DNA from: Escherichia coli
GTDB lineage: Bacteria; Pseudomonadota; Gammaproteobacteria; Enterobacterales; Enterobacteriaceae
Reading direction: 5' to 3' (one strand)
Length of the DNA stretch: 64,000 nt
Assembly: GCF_003018255.1 (NCBI RefSeq)
Contig: NZ_CP027440.1
Below the pieces are notes generated by a model that made no database searches, was not told where the DNA came from, and saw only the letters and a list, made by a program, of their open reading frames with translations. The translations under genes were made by a program, and so were the position numbers. The first letter of the stretch is position 1; every line of letters starts with the position of its first letter. Of this stretch, positions 46,053 to 57,277 are shown piece by piece.

Positions 46053-46658
46053 TCAGGATCTGATAATATCGTTCTGTCTCAACAGATCTAATAATTGCTG
46101 TACCAAATTTGTTACTAATTGTTCACCATTGAGATGAATTTCTGCCGATTCAGGCGCTTCGTAAACGGAATCTATTCCCGTAAAGTTGCGCAGTTCACCG
46201 GCACGCGCTTTCTTATATAAACCTTTTGGATCGCGGGCTTCGCAAATCGCCAGCGGCGTATCGACAAACACTTCGATAAAGCGCCCTTCTCCTACGCGTT
46301 CGCGAACCATCTGGCGTTCGGCGCGGTGTGGCGAGATAAATGCGGTCAGCACCACCAGTCCGGCTTCAACCATCAAATTCGCCACTTCACCAACCCGACG
46401 GATATTCTCTTTACGGTCGGCATCGCTAAAACCGAGATCGCTGCATAATCCGTGGCGAACGTTGTCGCCATCCAGCAGATACGTACTGACGCCAAGTTTA
46501 TGTAACGCCTCCTCCAGCGCCCCCGCGACGGTTGATTTACCGGAACCAGAGAGGCCGGTAAACCACAGCACAACACCACGATGACCGTGGTGCTGTTCGC
46601 GTTGTTGCGGAGTTACTGGGTGGCTATGCCAGACGACGTTTTCGTCATGCAGCGCCAT
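46053..46658 (-). CDS. cysC: Adenylyl-sulfate (APS) kinase
   Basis: ORF track 201 aa; P-loop GLSGSGKST. Confidence 0.96.
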   Translation of the reverse strand: MALHDENVVWHSHPVTPQQREQHHGHRGVVLWFTGLSGSGKSTVAGALEEALHKLGVSTYLLDGDNVRHGLCSDLGFSDADRKENIRRVGEVANLMVEAGLVVLTAFISPHRAERQMVRERVGEGRFIEVFVDTPLAICEARDPKGLYKKARAGELRNFTGIDSVYEAPESAEIHLNGEQLVTNLVQQLLDLLRQNDIIRS

Positions 46659-48085
46659 TATTTATCTCCCAGTAAATCGCGCGCACCCCAATGCGGGAAA
46701 TGGCGGCGAACCAGGGCATTCAATTCCAGTTCGAATGCACTGAATTCAGATGGCGCAGCAGTTGCCTGGCTAACTGGTTCGTGCACCATACCGGCACCTA
46801 CGGTCACATTACTCAGGCGATCGATAAAAATCAGCCCACCGGTAACCGGGTTTTGCTGATAACGATCTAACACCAGTGGCTCGTCAAAGGTGAGATCTAC
46901 CAGGCCGATGCCGTTCAGCGGCAGGTTTTCAACTTCGCGTTGGGTAAGGTTATTGATATCAACCTGATAACGAATGCCATCAACACGAGCACGCGTCTTC
47001 TTACCGGCAATTTTGATGTCATAACTCTGGCCCGGGGAAAGCGGCTGTTCCGCCATCCATACCACATCCACCGACGCGCTCTGCACAGCCGGTAACGCTT
47101 CGTCTGCCGCCAGCAGCAGATCGCCACGGCTGATGTCGATCTCATCCGTCAGCACCAGGGTGATCGCTTCTCCGGCAAAGGCTTCTTCGCGATCGCCATC
47201 AAAAGTCACGATCCGCGCGACGTTTGATTCCACACCAGAGGGCAGCACTTTGACACGTTGCCCGACTTCCACGCGACCGGATGCCAGCGTTCCGGCGTAG
47301 CCACGAAAATCGAGATTCGGACGGTTAACGTACTGCACCGGGAAGCGCATTGGCTGAGCATCCACCACTCGCTGGATCTCCACGGTTTCCAGCACTTCGA
47401 GCAGTGTCGGACCGCTGTACCACGGCATACTTTCACTTTGCGAAGCCACATTGTCGCCTTCCAGTGCAGAGAGCGGCACAAAGCGGATATCCAGATTACC
47501 CGGCAGCTGCCCGGCAAACGTCAGATAATCTTCGCGAATACGGGTGAACGTCTCTTCACTGTAACCCACCAGATCCATTTTGTTGATCGCCACGACCAGA
47601 TGTTTGATCCCCAACAGTGTGGAGATAAAACTGTGACGACGGGTTTGATCGAGCACGCCTTTACGGGCATCGATCAGTAAGATCGCCAGTTCACATGTCG
47701 ATGCGCCAGTCGCCATATTGCGGGTGTACTGCTCGTGCCCTGGGGTATCGGCGATAATAAATTTACGCTTCTCGGTAGAGAAATAACGGTAAGCCACGTC
47801 AATGGTGATGCCCTGTTCGCGCTCAGCTTGCAGGCCGTCCACCAGCAGAGCCAGATCCAGCTTTTCGCCCTGGGTGCCGTGACGTTTACTGTCGTTATGC
47901 AGCGATGAGAGCTGATCTTCGTAGATTTGGCGGGTATCGTGCAGCAGGCGACCAATCAGGGTACTTTTGCCGTCATCGACGCTACCACAGGTCAGAAAAC
48001 GCAGCAGGCTTTTATGTTGTTGCGCAATCATCCATGCTTCGACGCCGCCTTCATTGGCGATTTGTTGTGCAAGTGCGGTGTTCAT
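46658..48085 (-). CDS. cysN: Sulfate adenylyltransferase subunit 1 (GTPase)
   Basis: ORF track 475 aa; EF-Tu-like GTPase motifs ([14 protein letters not shown]). Confidence 0.96.
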   Translation of the reverse strand: MNTALAQQIANEGGVEAWMIAQQHKSLLRFLTCGSVDDGKSTLIGRLLHDTRQIYEDQLSSLHNDSKRHGTQGEKLDLALLVDGLQAEREQGITIDVAYRYFSTEKRKFIIADTPGHEQYTRNMATGASTCELAILLIDARKGVLDQTRRHSFISTLLGIKHLVVAINKMDLVGYSEETFTRIREDYLTFAGQLPGNLDIRFVPLSALEGDNVASQSESMPWYSGPTLLEVLETVEIQRVVDAQPMRFPVQYVNRPNLDFRGYAGTLASGRVEVGQRVKVLPSGVESNVARIVTFDGDREEAFAGEAITLVLTDEIDISRGDLLLAADEALPAVQSASVDVVWMAEQPLSPGQSYDIKIAGKKTRARVDGIRYQVDINNLTQREVENLPLNGIGLVDLTFDEPLVLDRYQQNPVTGGLIFIDRLSNVTVGAGMVHEPVSQATAAPSEFSAFELELNALVRRHFPHWGARDLLGDK

Positions 48086-48086
48086 C

Positions 48087-48995
48087 TTAAAAATACCCCT
48101 GACGTTTTTTCAGCTCCATAGACCCCGCCTGGTCGCGGTCAATTACGCGGCCCTGACGTTCACTGGTGGTGGAAACCAGCATCTCTTCGATGATCTCCGG
48201 CAGTGTTTGCGCATTTGACTCCACCGCGCCGGTCAGCGGCCAACAGCCCAGTGTGCGGAAACGCACCATCCGTTTTTTAATCACTTCGCCCGGTTGCAGG
48301 TCGATACGGTTGTCATCAATCATCATCAACATACCGTCGCGTTCCAGAACCGGACGTTCCGCAGCAAGATACAGCGGAACAATGTCGATATTTTCCAGCC
48401 AGATGTATTGCCAGATATCCTGCTCGGTCCAGTTAGAGAGCGGGAAGACGCGGATGCTTTCGCCTTTGTTAATTTGCCCGTTGTAGTTGTGCCACAGCTC
48501 CGGGCGCTGATTTTTCGGATCCCAGCGATGGAAGCGGTCACGGAAAGAGTAGATTCGCTCTTTAGCGCGGGATTTCTCTTCGTCACGGCGCGCACCACCG
48601 AAGGCGGCATCAAAACCGTATTTGTTCAGCGCCTGTTTCAGGCCTTCAGTTTTCATAATATCGGTATGTTTCGCGCTGCCGTGTACGAATGGATTAATCC
48701 CCATCGCCACGCCTTCCGGGTTTTTATGCACCAGCAGCTCGCAGCCGTAGGCTTTCGCCGTACGATCGCGGAACTCATACATCTCGCGGAATTTCCAGCC
48801 GGTATCGACATGCAGCAACGGGAAAGGCAGCGTACCTGGATAAAACGCCTTGCGCGCCAGATGCAGCATGACGCTGGAATCTTTACCGATAGAGTAGAGC
48901 ATCACCGGATTTGAGAATTCTGCAGCCACCTCGCGAATAATGTGGATGCTTTCCGCCTCCAGTTGCCGCAGGTGGGTAAGTCGTTTTTGATCCAT
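48087..48995 (-). CDS. cysD: Sulfate adenylyltransferase subunit 2
   Basis: ORF track 302 aa; PAPS-reductase-like ATP-PPase fold (SIGKDSSV). Confidence 0.96.
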   Translation of the reverse strand: MDQKRLTHLRQLEAESIHIIREVAAEFSNPVMLYSIGKDSSVMLHLARKAFYPGTLPFPLLHVDTGWKFREMYEFRDRTAKAYGCELLVHKNPEGVAMGINPFVHGSAKHTDIMKTEGLKQALNKYGFDAAFGGARRDEEKSRAKERIYSFRDRFHRWDPKNQRPELWHNYNGQINKGESIRVFPLSNWTEQDIWQYIWLENIDIVPLYLAAERPVLERDGMLMMIDDNRIDLQPGEVIKKRMVRFRTLGCWPLTGAVESNAQTLPEIIEEMLVSTTSERQGRVIDRDQAGSMELKKRQGYF

Positions 48996-49246
48996 AACCG
49001 TTCCTTTGCAATACCGCTATTTTCTTGCCATCAGATGTTTCGACTATAGGGAGCGTAAGAGAACGAATGAAATTACCAATTAGAATGAGTAGTTCCTTAA
49101 CGGAATAACGATTTGGCAAAGCTAATATCAAAAAGTGCTTAAGGCACCGGATTTCGGGCGTTTAGGAAGATTTGAAATTGTTTTAGCGCAGCGGCAGTTT
49201 CATACTATGACGGTAAAAAAATTTGCATGGTATTTAAGGACTCACT

Positions 49247-50284
49247 ATGTTTTCCGCATTGCGCCACCGTACCGCTGCCCTGGCGCTCGGCGTATGCTTT
49301 ATCCTCCCCGTACACGCCTCGTCACCTAAACCTGGCGATTTTGCTAATACCCAGGCACGACATATTGCTACTTTCTTTCCGGGACGCATGACCGGAACTC
49401 CTGCAGAAATGTTATCTGCCGATTATATTCGCCAACAGTTTCAGCAAATGGGTTATCGCAGTGATATTCGGACATTTAATAGTCGGTATATTTATACCGC
49501 CCGCGATAATCGCAAGAGCTGGCATAACGTGACGGGAAGTACGGTGATTGCCGCTCATGAAGGCAAAGCTCCGCAGCAGATCATCATTATGGCGCATCTG
49601 GATACTTACGCTCCGCTGAGCGATGCTGACGCCGATGCCAATCTCGGCGGGCTGACGTTACAAGGAATAGATGATAACGCCGCAGGTTTAGGTGTCATGC
49701 TGGAACTGGCAGAACGCCTGAAAAATACGCCTACCGAGTATGGTATTCGATTTGTGGCGACCAGTGGTGAAGAGGAAGGGAAATTAGGTGCTGAGAATTT
49801 ACTCAAGCGGATGAGTGACACCGAAAAGAAAAATACGCTGCTGGTGATTAATCTCGATAACTTAATTGTTGGCGATAAATTGTATTTCAATAGTGGTGTA
49901 AAAACCCCTGAAGCAGTAAGGAAATTAACGCGCGACAGGGCGCTGGCAATTGCGCGTAGTCATGGAATTGCCGCAACGACCAATCCGGGTTTGAATAAAA
50001 ATTATCCGAAAGGCACTGGGTGTTGTAATGACGCAGAAATATTCGACAAAGCCGGTATTGCTGTACTTTCGGTGGAAGCGACTAACTGGAATCTTGGGAA
50101 TAAGGATGGTTATCAGCAACGCGCAAAAACAGCCGCATTCCCTGCGGGAAATAGCTGGCATGACGTAAGACTGGATAATCAACAACATATTGATAAGGCG
50201 CTTCCTGGAAGAATAGAACGTCGCTGCCGTGATGTTATGCGGATAATGCTACCTCTGGTGAAGGAGTTGGCGAAGGCGTCTTGA
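49247..50284 (+). CDS. iap: Alkaline phosphatase isozyme conversion aminopeptidase (M28 family)
   Basis: ORF track 345 aa; signal peptide, M28 peptidase motifs; located immediately upstream of the CRISPR array as in the classic iap locus. Confidence 0.94.
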   Translation: MFSALRHRTAALALGVCFILPVHASSPKPGDFANTQARHIATFFPGRMTGTPAEMLSADYIRQQFQQMGYRSDIRTFNSRYIYTARDNRKSWHNVTGSTVIAAHEGKAPQQIIIMAHLDTYAPLSDADADANLGGLTLQGIDDNAAGLGVMLELAERLKNTPTEYGIRFVATSGEEEGKLGAENLLKRMSDTEKKNTLLVINLDNLIVGDKLYFNSGVKTPEAVRKLTRDRALAIARSHGIAATTNPGLNKNYPKGTGCCNDAEIFDKAGIAVLSVEATNWNLGNKDGYQQRAKTAAFPAGNSWHDVRLDNQQHIDKALPGRIERRCRDVMRIMLPLVKELAKAS

Positions 50285-50304
50285 TGGGTTTGAAAATGGG
50301 AGTT

Positions 50305-50333
50305 GGGAGTTCTACCGCAGGGGCGGGGAATTC
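50305..50333 (-). repeat. Decayed relic CRISPR repeat (about 19/29 identity) at the leader-distal end of the array, one spacer-length (32 bp) away from repeat 1
   Basis: GGGAGTTCTACCGCAGGGGCGGGGAATTC aligned by hand to the consensus repeat; correct 61-bp phasing. Confidence 0.6.
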
Positions 50334-50365
50334 TAAGTGATATCCATCATCGCATCCAGTGCGCC

Positions 50366-51188
50366 CGGTTTATCCCCGCTGACGCGGGGAACACACATGA
50401 ATGTCGGTTCAGACCGTGTTTTTACCCGGTTTATCCCCGCTGGCGCGGGGAACACGAGGCTGAACAGGGAGGGGGCTACCGGCACAGCGGTTTATCCCCG
50501 CTGGCGCGGGGAACACTTGCCAACCGCCAAAGACTGGAAAACCAATCTCGGTTTATCCCCGCTGGCGCGGGGAACACTTAAACTTGCCGCCGGTATGGGG
50601 GGAACGGGCCGGTTTATCCCCGCTGGCGCGGGGAACTCGTTTCGCGTCGATCGCCTTTTGCGCAATCGCGCCGGTTTATCCCCGCTGGCGCGGGGAACTC
50701 TTTCTTTTTCCATTTAAGTTATTCTAATACCCCGGTTTATCCCCGCTGGCGCGGGGAACTCGATCATGCCTTACTAAAAGGTCCGCTGACGGGCGGTTTA
50801 TCCCCGCTGGCGCGGGGAACTCATCATGACAAAAAGTTACGCTCATCTATTCAACGGTTTATCCCCGCTGGCGCGGGGAACTCTCCATATGTTGCCCCGC
50901 TCGGGACAACACCCCCGGTTTATCCCCGCTGGCGCGGGGAACTCTTAGCGCCGACAAAAGAAGTTGCGGATAACAGCGGTTTATCCCCGCTGGCGCGGGG
51001 AACTCGCCCGTTCCCAGGGAGTGCGGCTCCACCCCCGCGGTTTATCCCCGCTGACGCGGGGAACTCTTCAGTTTCACACTCGGTAATGCCGTTATTTACG
51101 GTTTATCCCCGCTGGCGCGGGGAACTCCTCGGGGCCAGCCTCCCCCATTAACCCGGCACCGGTTTATCCCCGCTGGCGCGGGGAACTC
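50366..51188 (-). CRISPR. Type I-E CRISPR array, 14 direct repeats of 29 bp (plus-strand form CGGTTTATCCCCGCTGGCGCGGGGAACTC) separated by 13 spacers of 32-33 bp; transcribed on the minus strand from the leader at 51189-51293
   Basis: Repeats located by eye at 50366, 50427, 50488, 50549, 50610, 50672, 50733, 50794, 50855, 50916, 50977, 51038, 51099, 51160 (61-62 bp period); repeat is reverse complement of the I-E repeat GAGTTCCCCGCGCCAGCGGGGATAAACCG; adjacent cas2-cas1. Confidence 0.97.
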
Positions 51189-51293
51189 TCTAAAAGTATA
51201 CATTTGTTCTTAAAGCATTTTTTCCCATAAAAACAACCCACCAACCTTAATGTAACATTTCCTTATTATTAAAGATCAGCTAATTCTTTGTTT
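51189..51293 (-). promoter_or_regulatory. CRISPR leader (AT-rich) between last repeat and cas2 stop
   Basis: About 105 bp AT-rich sequence (..AAAGTATACATTTGTTCTTAAAGCATTTTTTCCCATAAAAACAACC..) directly abutting repeat 14, located at the cas2-proximal end. Confidence 0.85.
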
Positions 51294-52497
<1,204 letters not shown>

Positions 52498-52512
52498 TTT
52501 ATTACACCTCAA

Positions 52513-53112
52513 TCACAGTGGAGCCAAAGATAGCAAGCCACATCCCATCGATTTAGCTGGCCCAATACCTTGCTGTACAAGATCTATTAACGCTGGCGCG
52601 TCGTTGATGGTGATCACCCCTTCAAAGCAAACCGTTTGGATCTTTCCACTTTTACCATCACCAGAAAAATACTGTGGCCGTTCCGATATGGGATGCACAT
52701 CTTCAACGCGCGCCGCATTGCCCAATTTACGTTGCAACCACGCGATTTGTTCTGCTTCTTTTATTAACGGAACCCGACAGCGTTTAATATTCCCTTTACT
52801 GTCCAGGCGCTTTTGATTGTCGAGAATAGTTTTGATCGGATTTGCCCGAAGCCGAAAATAGAGTGGAACACCAACCTGAAGTTGAAATTCAACCTGTTTA
52901 GTTTTAATGACTGTCGCAACGGCAGTAGAAACAGGCATTTGCGCTGACTGCAATAAAACATGACAGCCTTCTGGTGTGTTTCGCTTCTCAACATGAAAAA
53001 GAAAATCACGAGCAGCATCCGGTCTGTTTGGAAATAAATGCCATAATCCCTGGTGAAGTTGGTAAAGATCCCTGCTCCAGGCCCTGGCAATGATGACTTT
53101 ACTGAGATACAT
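52513..53112 (-). CDS. cas6e: Cas6e (CasE) crRNA endoribonuclease
   Basis: ORF track 199 aa (MYLSKVIIARAWSRDLYQLH...). Confidence 0.95.
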   Translation of the reverse strand: MYLSKVIIARAWSRDLYQLHQGLWHLFPNRPDAARDFLFHVEKRNTPEGCHVLLQSAQMPVSTAVATVIKTKQVEFQLQVGVPLYFRLRANPIKTILDNQKRLDSKGNIKRCRVPLIKEAEQIAWLQRKLGNAARVEDVHPISERPQYFSGDGKSGKIQTVCFEGVITINDAPALIDLVQQGIGPAKSMGCGLLSLAPL

Positions 53113-53773
53113 CCATACCTCCTTTAATCACATACCATTCTCGGGAAGCAAATTGTCGAGGTAAGGTGATCATCGGTTCGTCGCGCACCGTAAATTTTAA
53201 ATGATGCCCGTCAACTGATTCCTCACTATAAATATCGCCGCCAACGGGCTCATAATTTAATAGCGCCTTCTGAGGATCCGACGCCTGACATGTCCCGAGA
53301 AAAAGCGGTTGTGTTAGCGGACAACTCCTCCGCCCCAGATACGGTGTATACCGAGGCTTTAATACTGCTTTTTCAAGTTCTGACATAACCATCGTTGCCT
53401 GTGGTGTTAACCAGATAGCGACGGTAAAGGAGGCATCACATAAATATTCGCGCCATGTTTGAATCGTTTCATGACTTTTCAAACCACGGTAATCTTCTCG
53501 CGCTCCAAGGACTGTATGGTAATCACGCAACCCCGTTACAGACACACGACGATCGTCAAGAATGAGTTCATCGCAGCGCACTGCAAATTGCACACTCTCT
53601 GATAACGCCTGTAATGAAGAAGTATCATCACGTTGGATCCCAAGACAAGCCCCGAGTAGCCCTAATAACCCGCTTCGGGTCGGAAATCTTCCGGTAGGTC
53701 GCGTTCCTTCAAAGGTCGGCTGCCCCCAGGCTTGCATTGGCCCAGCAAGCCGCAAGATCAAATAAGATCTCAT
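53099..53773 (-). CDS. cas5: Cas5e (CasD) Cascade subunit
   Basis: ORF track frame 226 aa; start placed at MRSYLILRLAGPMQAWG (224 aa). Confidence 0.94.
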   Translation of the reverse strand: MRSYLILRLAGPMQAWGQPTFEGTRPTGRFPTRSGLLGLLGACLGIQRDDTSSLQALSESVQFAVRCDELILDDRRVSVTGLRDYHTVLGAREDYRGLKSHETIQTWREYLCDASFTVAIWLTPQATMVMSELEKAVLKPRYTPYLGRRSCPLTQPLFLGTCQASDPQKALLNYEPVGGDIYSEESVDGHHLKFTVRDEPMITLPRQFASREWYVIKGGMDVSQ

Positions 53774-53775
53774 GT

Positions 53776-54867
53776 TCACGCCTCGCCATTATTACGAACC
53801 CAGGATTTTAACTGTTCTAAAGTAGGCATTTGTTTAACTTGAGCAGTAATTGGGTCTACATCAGATAAGCTGAATTGCGCAGCAGCTCCGTTCAGACCAT
53901 ATCCATTGGCAACGCGATCCCAATATTGATTAAACGCCTGTATAGACGGTTGCAAAAAGCCATCTTTCGCTTTAACCGCTTTTTCAAAAGCATTTGCCAT
54001 AGAAAGTGGCATATCGGAGAAATTAACCATTACCATATCCGCAGGGTTAAAAGCGGCATAAGTACGCTGTTTTGCTCCAGGGACCTCTGTTGCCAGCATA
54101 TGAACAACATGGGTTGCAATTTCCAGAGCCTGCTCCCTGGAGGCACCACCTAAATTTTCCTGAAGTTGAGCGAGGTTAATGTTGGCATAACGATAAAAAA
54201 CACCCGATGAAAATTCCTGAGTTCCCAGATGTGCAGAACCTTGTTCCTGTAAATCATCTACAGCGGTGAACCAGTCAATATCAGAATCAACCTGATGAGT
54301 AGTGATCGCATGCGCAATGGACATTGCACCATCAACTTTTCCCAACTCACTCATCATGCCGCTGGTTGCCATTCTTCCACTAAGCGCAATATCAACACCC
54401 TGCTGTAAATTCACACGTATGGCGGCAATATCTTCCTTAAGAACTTTGAGCAGCTTTTTATCATCCAGATTATCAGCCTCTGCTTTTGCAACCTGCTCAC
54501 AGAACCAGGCTATTTCTCCCACAACCCAGGGAGTAACCGCATCGGCAGAAATCTTTTCGGCTTCATCAACTAATTTACCGGAGAGCAGCGCTAATGTCTT
54601 ATCGATGATTTTTTGGTCAAAACGTTCACCAAGTTTTTGCCGAAGAACATCACGTAATTGTGCAAGATGAATTGTTCTGAGACTGGATTCACCAATATTT
54701 TGTGCGTAATAATCACTTTTACGCATCGCATGTTTAAGGCTTTGACTTGAAATTCTTACTCGTCTTTTCCCGCCGAAAATAGCGTCTTTCTGCATGTTCA
54801 TATCGTCGCGGTTCAGACATGAAGGGCTGTGAGAGATCAGAACATGAATATTGATAAAGTTAGACAT
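53776..54867 (-). CDS. cas7: Cas7e (CasC) Cascade backbone subunit
   Basis: ORF track 363 aa ([22 protein letters not shown]...). Confidence 0.95.
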   Translation of the reverse strand: MSNFINIHVLISHSPSCLNRDDMNMQKDAIFGGKRRVRISSQSLKHAMRKSDYYAQNIGESSLRTIHLAQLRDVLRQKLGERFDQKIIDKTLALLSGKLVDEAEKISADAVTPWVVGEIAWFCEQVAKAEADNLDDKKLLKVLKEDIAAIRVNLQQGVDIALSGRMATSGMMSELGKVDGAMSIAHAITTHQVDSDIDWFTAVDDLQEQGSAHLGTQEFSSGVFYRYANINLAQLQENLGGASREQALEIATHVVHMLATEVPGAKQRTYAAFNPADMVMVNFSDMPLSMANAFEKAVKAKDGFLQPSIQAFNQYWDRVANGYGLNGAAAQFSLSDVDPITAQVKQMPTLEQLKSWVRNNGEA

Positions 54868-54879
54868 AGAAAGGTTTCC

Positions 54880-55362
54880 TTACGCATTTTTGTTTGTGGT
54901 CAATACAAAATCTTCCAGAAGTTGCTGGCGTTCGCGCTTTCCCCACCAGGTCAACATCCTGGCCATTAATGGCCAGTCAAGTACGGGTTCGGCGTGAGTA
55001 AGTAATCGACGTAACTGGACCATATCGGCTGTTCTGTCAGCCCGAATTAATTGAAAGATACGGCGCTCGTTAATTCTTCCACTATTGGCTAAAGCTCTTC
55101 CCAACGAGATACCTGTTGTTTGCTCCGTTTTTTTGTCCTGATGTCGGATGACATTCTTTCCTGCGCTCAGGCAAAACACCATGCGCAAAAGAGCCTGCTG
55201 GTGACGTGGGTTTTCCCAACCAAAAGATTGCACCAGCCTATAAAACGCAGGGATATCGCGTAATTCATCAGGTTCTGAAACACGTCTAATTTGCGCACAT
55301 GCTCCATTATCCAGTTGTTGCCAGGCTCGATATAAAGCCATTGCATCAATTTCATCAGCCAT
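54880..55362 (-). CDS. cse2: Cse2 (CasB) Cascade small subunit
   Basis: ORF track 160 aa. Confidence 0.94.
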   Translation of the reverse strand: MADEIDAMALYRAWQQLDNGACAQIRRVSEPDELRDIPAFYRLVQSFGWENPRHQQALLRMVFCLSAGKNVIRHQDKKTEQTTGISLGRALANSGRINERRIFQLIRADRTADMVQLRRLLTHAEPVLDWPLMARMLTWWGKRERQQLLEDFVLTTNKNA

Positions 55363-56863
55363 TTGATGGCCCTCCTTGAGGTTTTAACTCCCGTAAATGT
55401 TTGTATAGCGTGGCGCGGGCAAGCGCTAATGTGCTTATTAATTTAGGATGATGTGCATAGGGAGCTACAGATTGATTAAATAGCATTTCACACAATTGAT
55501 GAAGTTTGTCTCGTAAATCAGCTATTACCTCATCAGCTTGGGAAAAATTAATATTCGCCAATACATCGGGAATTAATAATTCACTCTGTCGATAGAAATG
55601 CCTTTCTGCAGTCTCATGAACAGAAACTCCGGCCCCTTTGAAGTCTTTATTTTTAAACCCTTCTGCAAAGGTATATAACGCCTTGCGTAAGGCTGTTTTA
55701 TATCCCAAACCAACAGTCACTATTTCGTTTATCACATTGCCGTATTGTTGCCACCCCTGATTAAACATCAACACATCATGACGCCGTTCAAGAATAGATG
55801 CTTGATTATTACGATATCCCCCCATAATCAATTCAAGAGGACTTTGCGGCGCAATATTTCTGAATTGATTCACAACCGCCGCCACGCGATTTCCATTTTC
55901 ATTTTGAATAATCTTATCTACCACAACTCGGCTGATTTGTGTCCATGATGGTGCGGAGGTGGTGAAAGCAAGAAATTTTTCCTCAACCTCCCCTTTCTTG
56001 ACTGTTACCAGACAAGGGGAATGCGGATGGGGCCATAGCCCATTAACTGTAAAGGTAAATTTTTCCTTAAGAAAACCGGTATAACGCAAATTGCTTTCCT
56101 GACCACAGCAAGAACATTTACCAATCCCAATGGGATCGCATAGTTCAATATGCGCTGGTTGCCAGAATAAACCACGGACAAACCCAATTGAAGAAGCAGG
56201 CACCGATTCATTCGGCTTGACAGGCTTAACCCAGGTAGGTTGGTTTTCCGTATGTAATTCATTGGGAAATTGTTTTTGAAGACGAGGTATTGTGAGGACA
56301 TTGAGTAATACCGTCGAGCGAAGATCGATCCCACATACGAAGGTGGTTATAGGTGTTCCTCCACGTAAACCGCTTTTAAAGCCACCACCAAAACCAGGTG
56401 CCTGATTCGCCTGGTTGAATAACGCAATCGCAGTGCATCCACCACATAATGCTTCACCCTGCCCCGGTTGATTGACAAATGCACAATTCGTCGCGCCGCT
56501 TACCCCAGCCAACAGTTTTTCCATTGGAGTCACATCATTTGCTTTGACACCTTTGGTCTGCATAAAGGGATGTTCTGCGTGATTAAGGTAGAACATATCT
56601 ATCCACGGCGCGATGAGTTGTTGAAACTCATCTTCAGTGAGCGGATTCATTATGCGATGTCGAAATTCAACGTCATCTTTTGCCGGGGCGATAATTTGCC
56701 CAATGCAAACCAGCAGTGCTAAAGTGGCCAGTTCCATATCGTCACGGGGCAAACTTAATCGCCACTGATCTCTACTGCAGTATAGCGATTGCAGATTTAT
56801 GATTTGGACTTTCCCCCCGTTTCGCGGGCGTACAGGGATCCAGTTATCAATAAGCAAATTCAT
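55355..56863 (-). CDS. cse1: Cse1 (CasA) Cascade large subunit
   Basis: ORF track 502 aa (MNLLIDNWIPVRPRNGG...). Confidence 0.95.
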   Translation of the reverse strand: MNLLIDNWIPVRPRNGGKVQIINLQSLYCSRDQWRLSLPRDDMELATLALLVCIGQIIAPAKDDVEFRHRIMNPLTEDEFQQLIAPWIDMFYLNHAEHPFMQTKGVKANDVTPMEKLLAGVSGATNCAFVNQPGQGEALCGGCTAIALFNQANQAPGFGGGFKSGLRGGTPITTFVCGIDLRSTVLLNVLTIPRLQKQFPNELHTENQPTWVKPVKPNESVPASSIGFVRGLFWQPAHIELCDPIGIGKCSCCGQESNLRYTGFLKEKFTFTVNGLWPHPHSPCLVTVKKGEVEEKFLAFTTSAPSWTQISRVVVDKIIQNENGNRVAAVVNQFRNIAPQSPLELIMGGYRNNQASILERRHDVLMFNQGWQQYGNVINEIVTVGLGYKTALRKALYTFAEGFKNKDFKGAGVSVHETAERHFYRQSELLIPDVLANINFSQADEVIADLRDKLHQLCEMLFNQSVAPYAHHPKLISTLALARATLYKHLRELKPQGGPSNG

Positions 56864-57277
56864 TTGTTCTCCTTCATATGCTCCGACATTTCTCCTGCAT
56901 TTCTATGCGTCGGCACACTTCCGTTATCGGTAAAAACAAAGAAAAAATACGGCGTAATTAATTCAATAATCACATTCACTGCAAAAATATATTCATTGGT
57001 TTAATACAATTAACCTATACATATATTAAGATGTGTTGAATTGTTTAAAGACAATAATGCATGCATTTCAAATCTGCAAGTTATTCGTTTTATTATCAAA
57101 GAAATTTTTAGTTATAATAATTACCATAAATTTTATTACATAAAATATTCATACTGTGAATATAAAATCTCATACCGGGAAATTAAAAGAAGATGTACAT
57201 TGTGCACTTTCCCTACTTAAGTAGGGATAAACCGTTATTGGTCTTGTTATCGTCATTGATACCAATCATTCCCGAAG
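56864..57277 (-). promoter_or_regulatory. AT-rich cas3-cse1 intergenic region expected to carry the Cascade operon promoter (Pcas) and H-NS/LeuO control sites
   Basis: 414 bp strongly AT-rich non-coding stretch directly upstream of cse1; regulatory assignment is from established E. coli knowledge, exact promoter positions not determined here. Confidence 0.6.

Noticed and set aside
50303-50717. ORFs of 92, 126 and 73 aa spanning the CRISPR array (50303..50581, 50337..50717, 50492..50713)
   Set aside because: They read straight through the repeats and spacers (repetitive RWRGEH / LSPLARGT peptides); artefacts of the periodic array, not genes.
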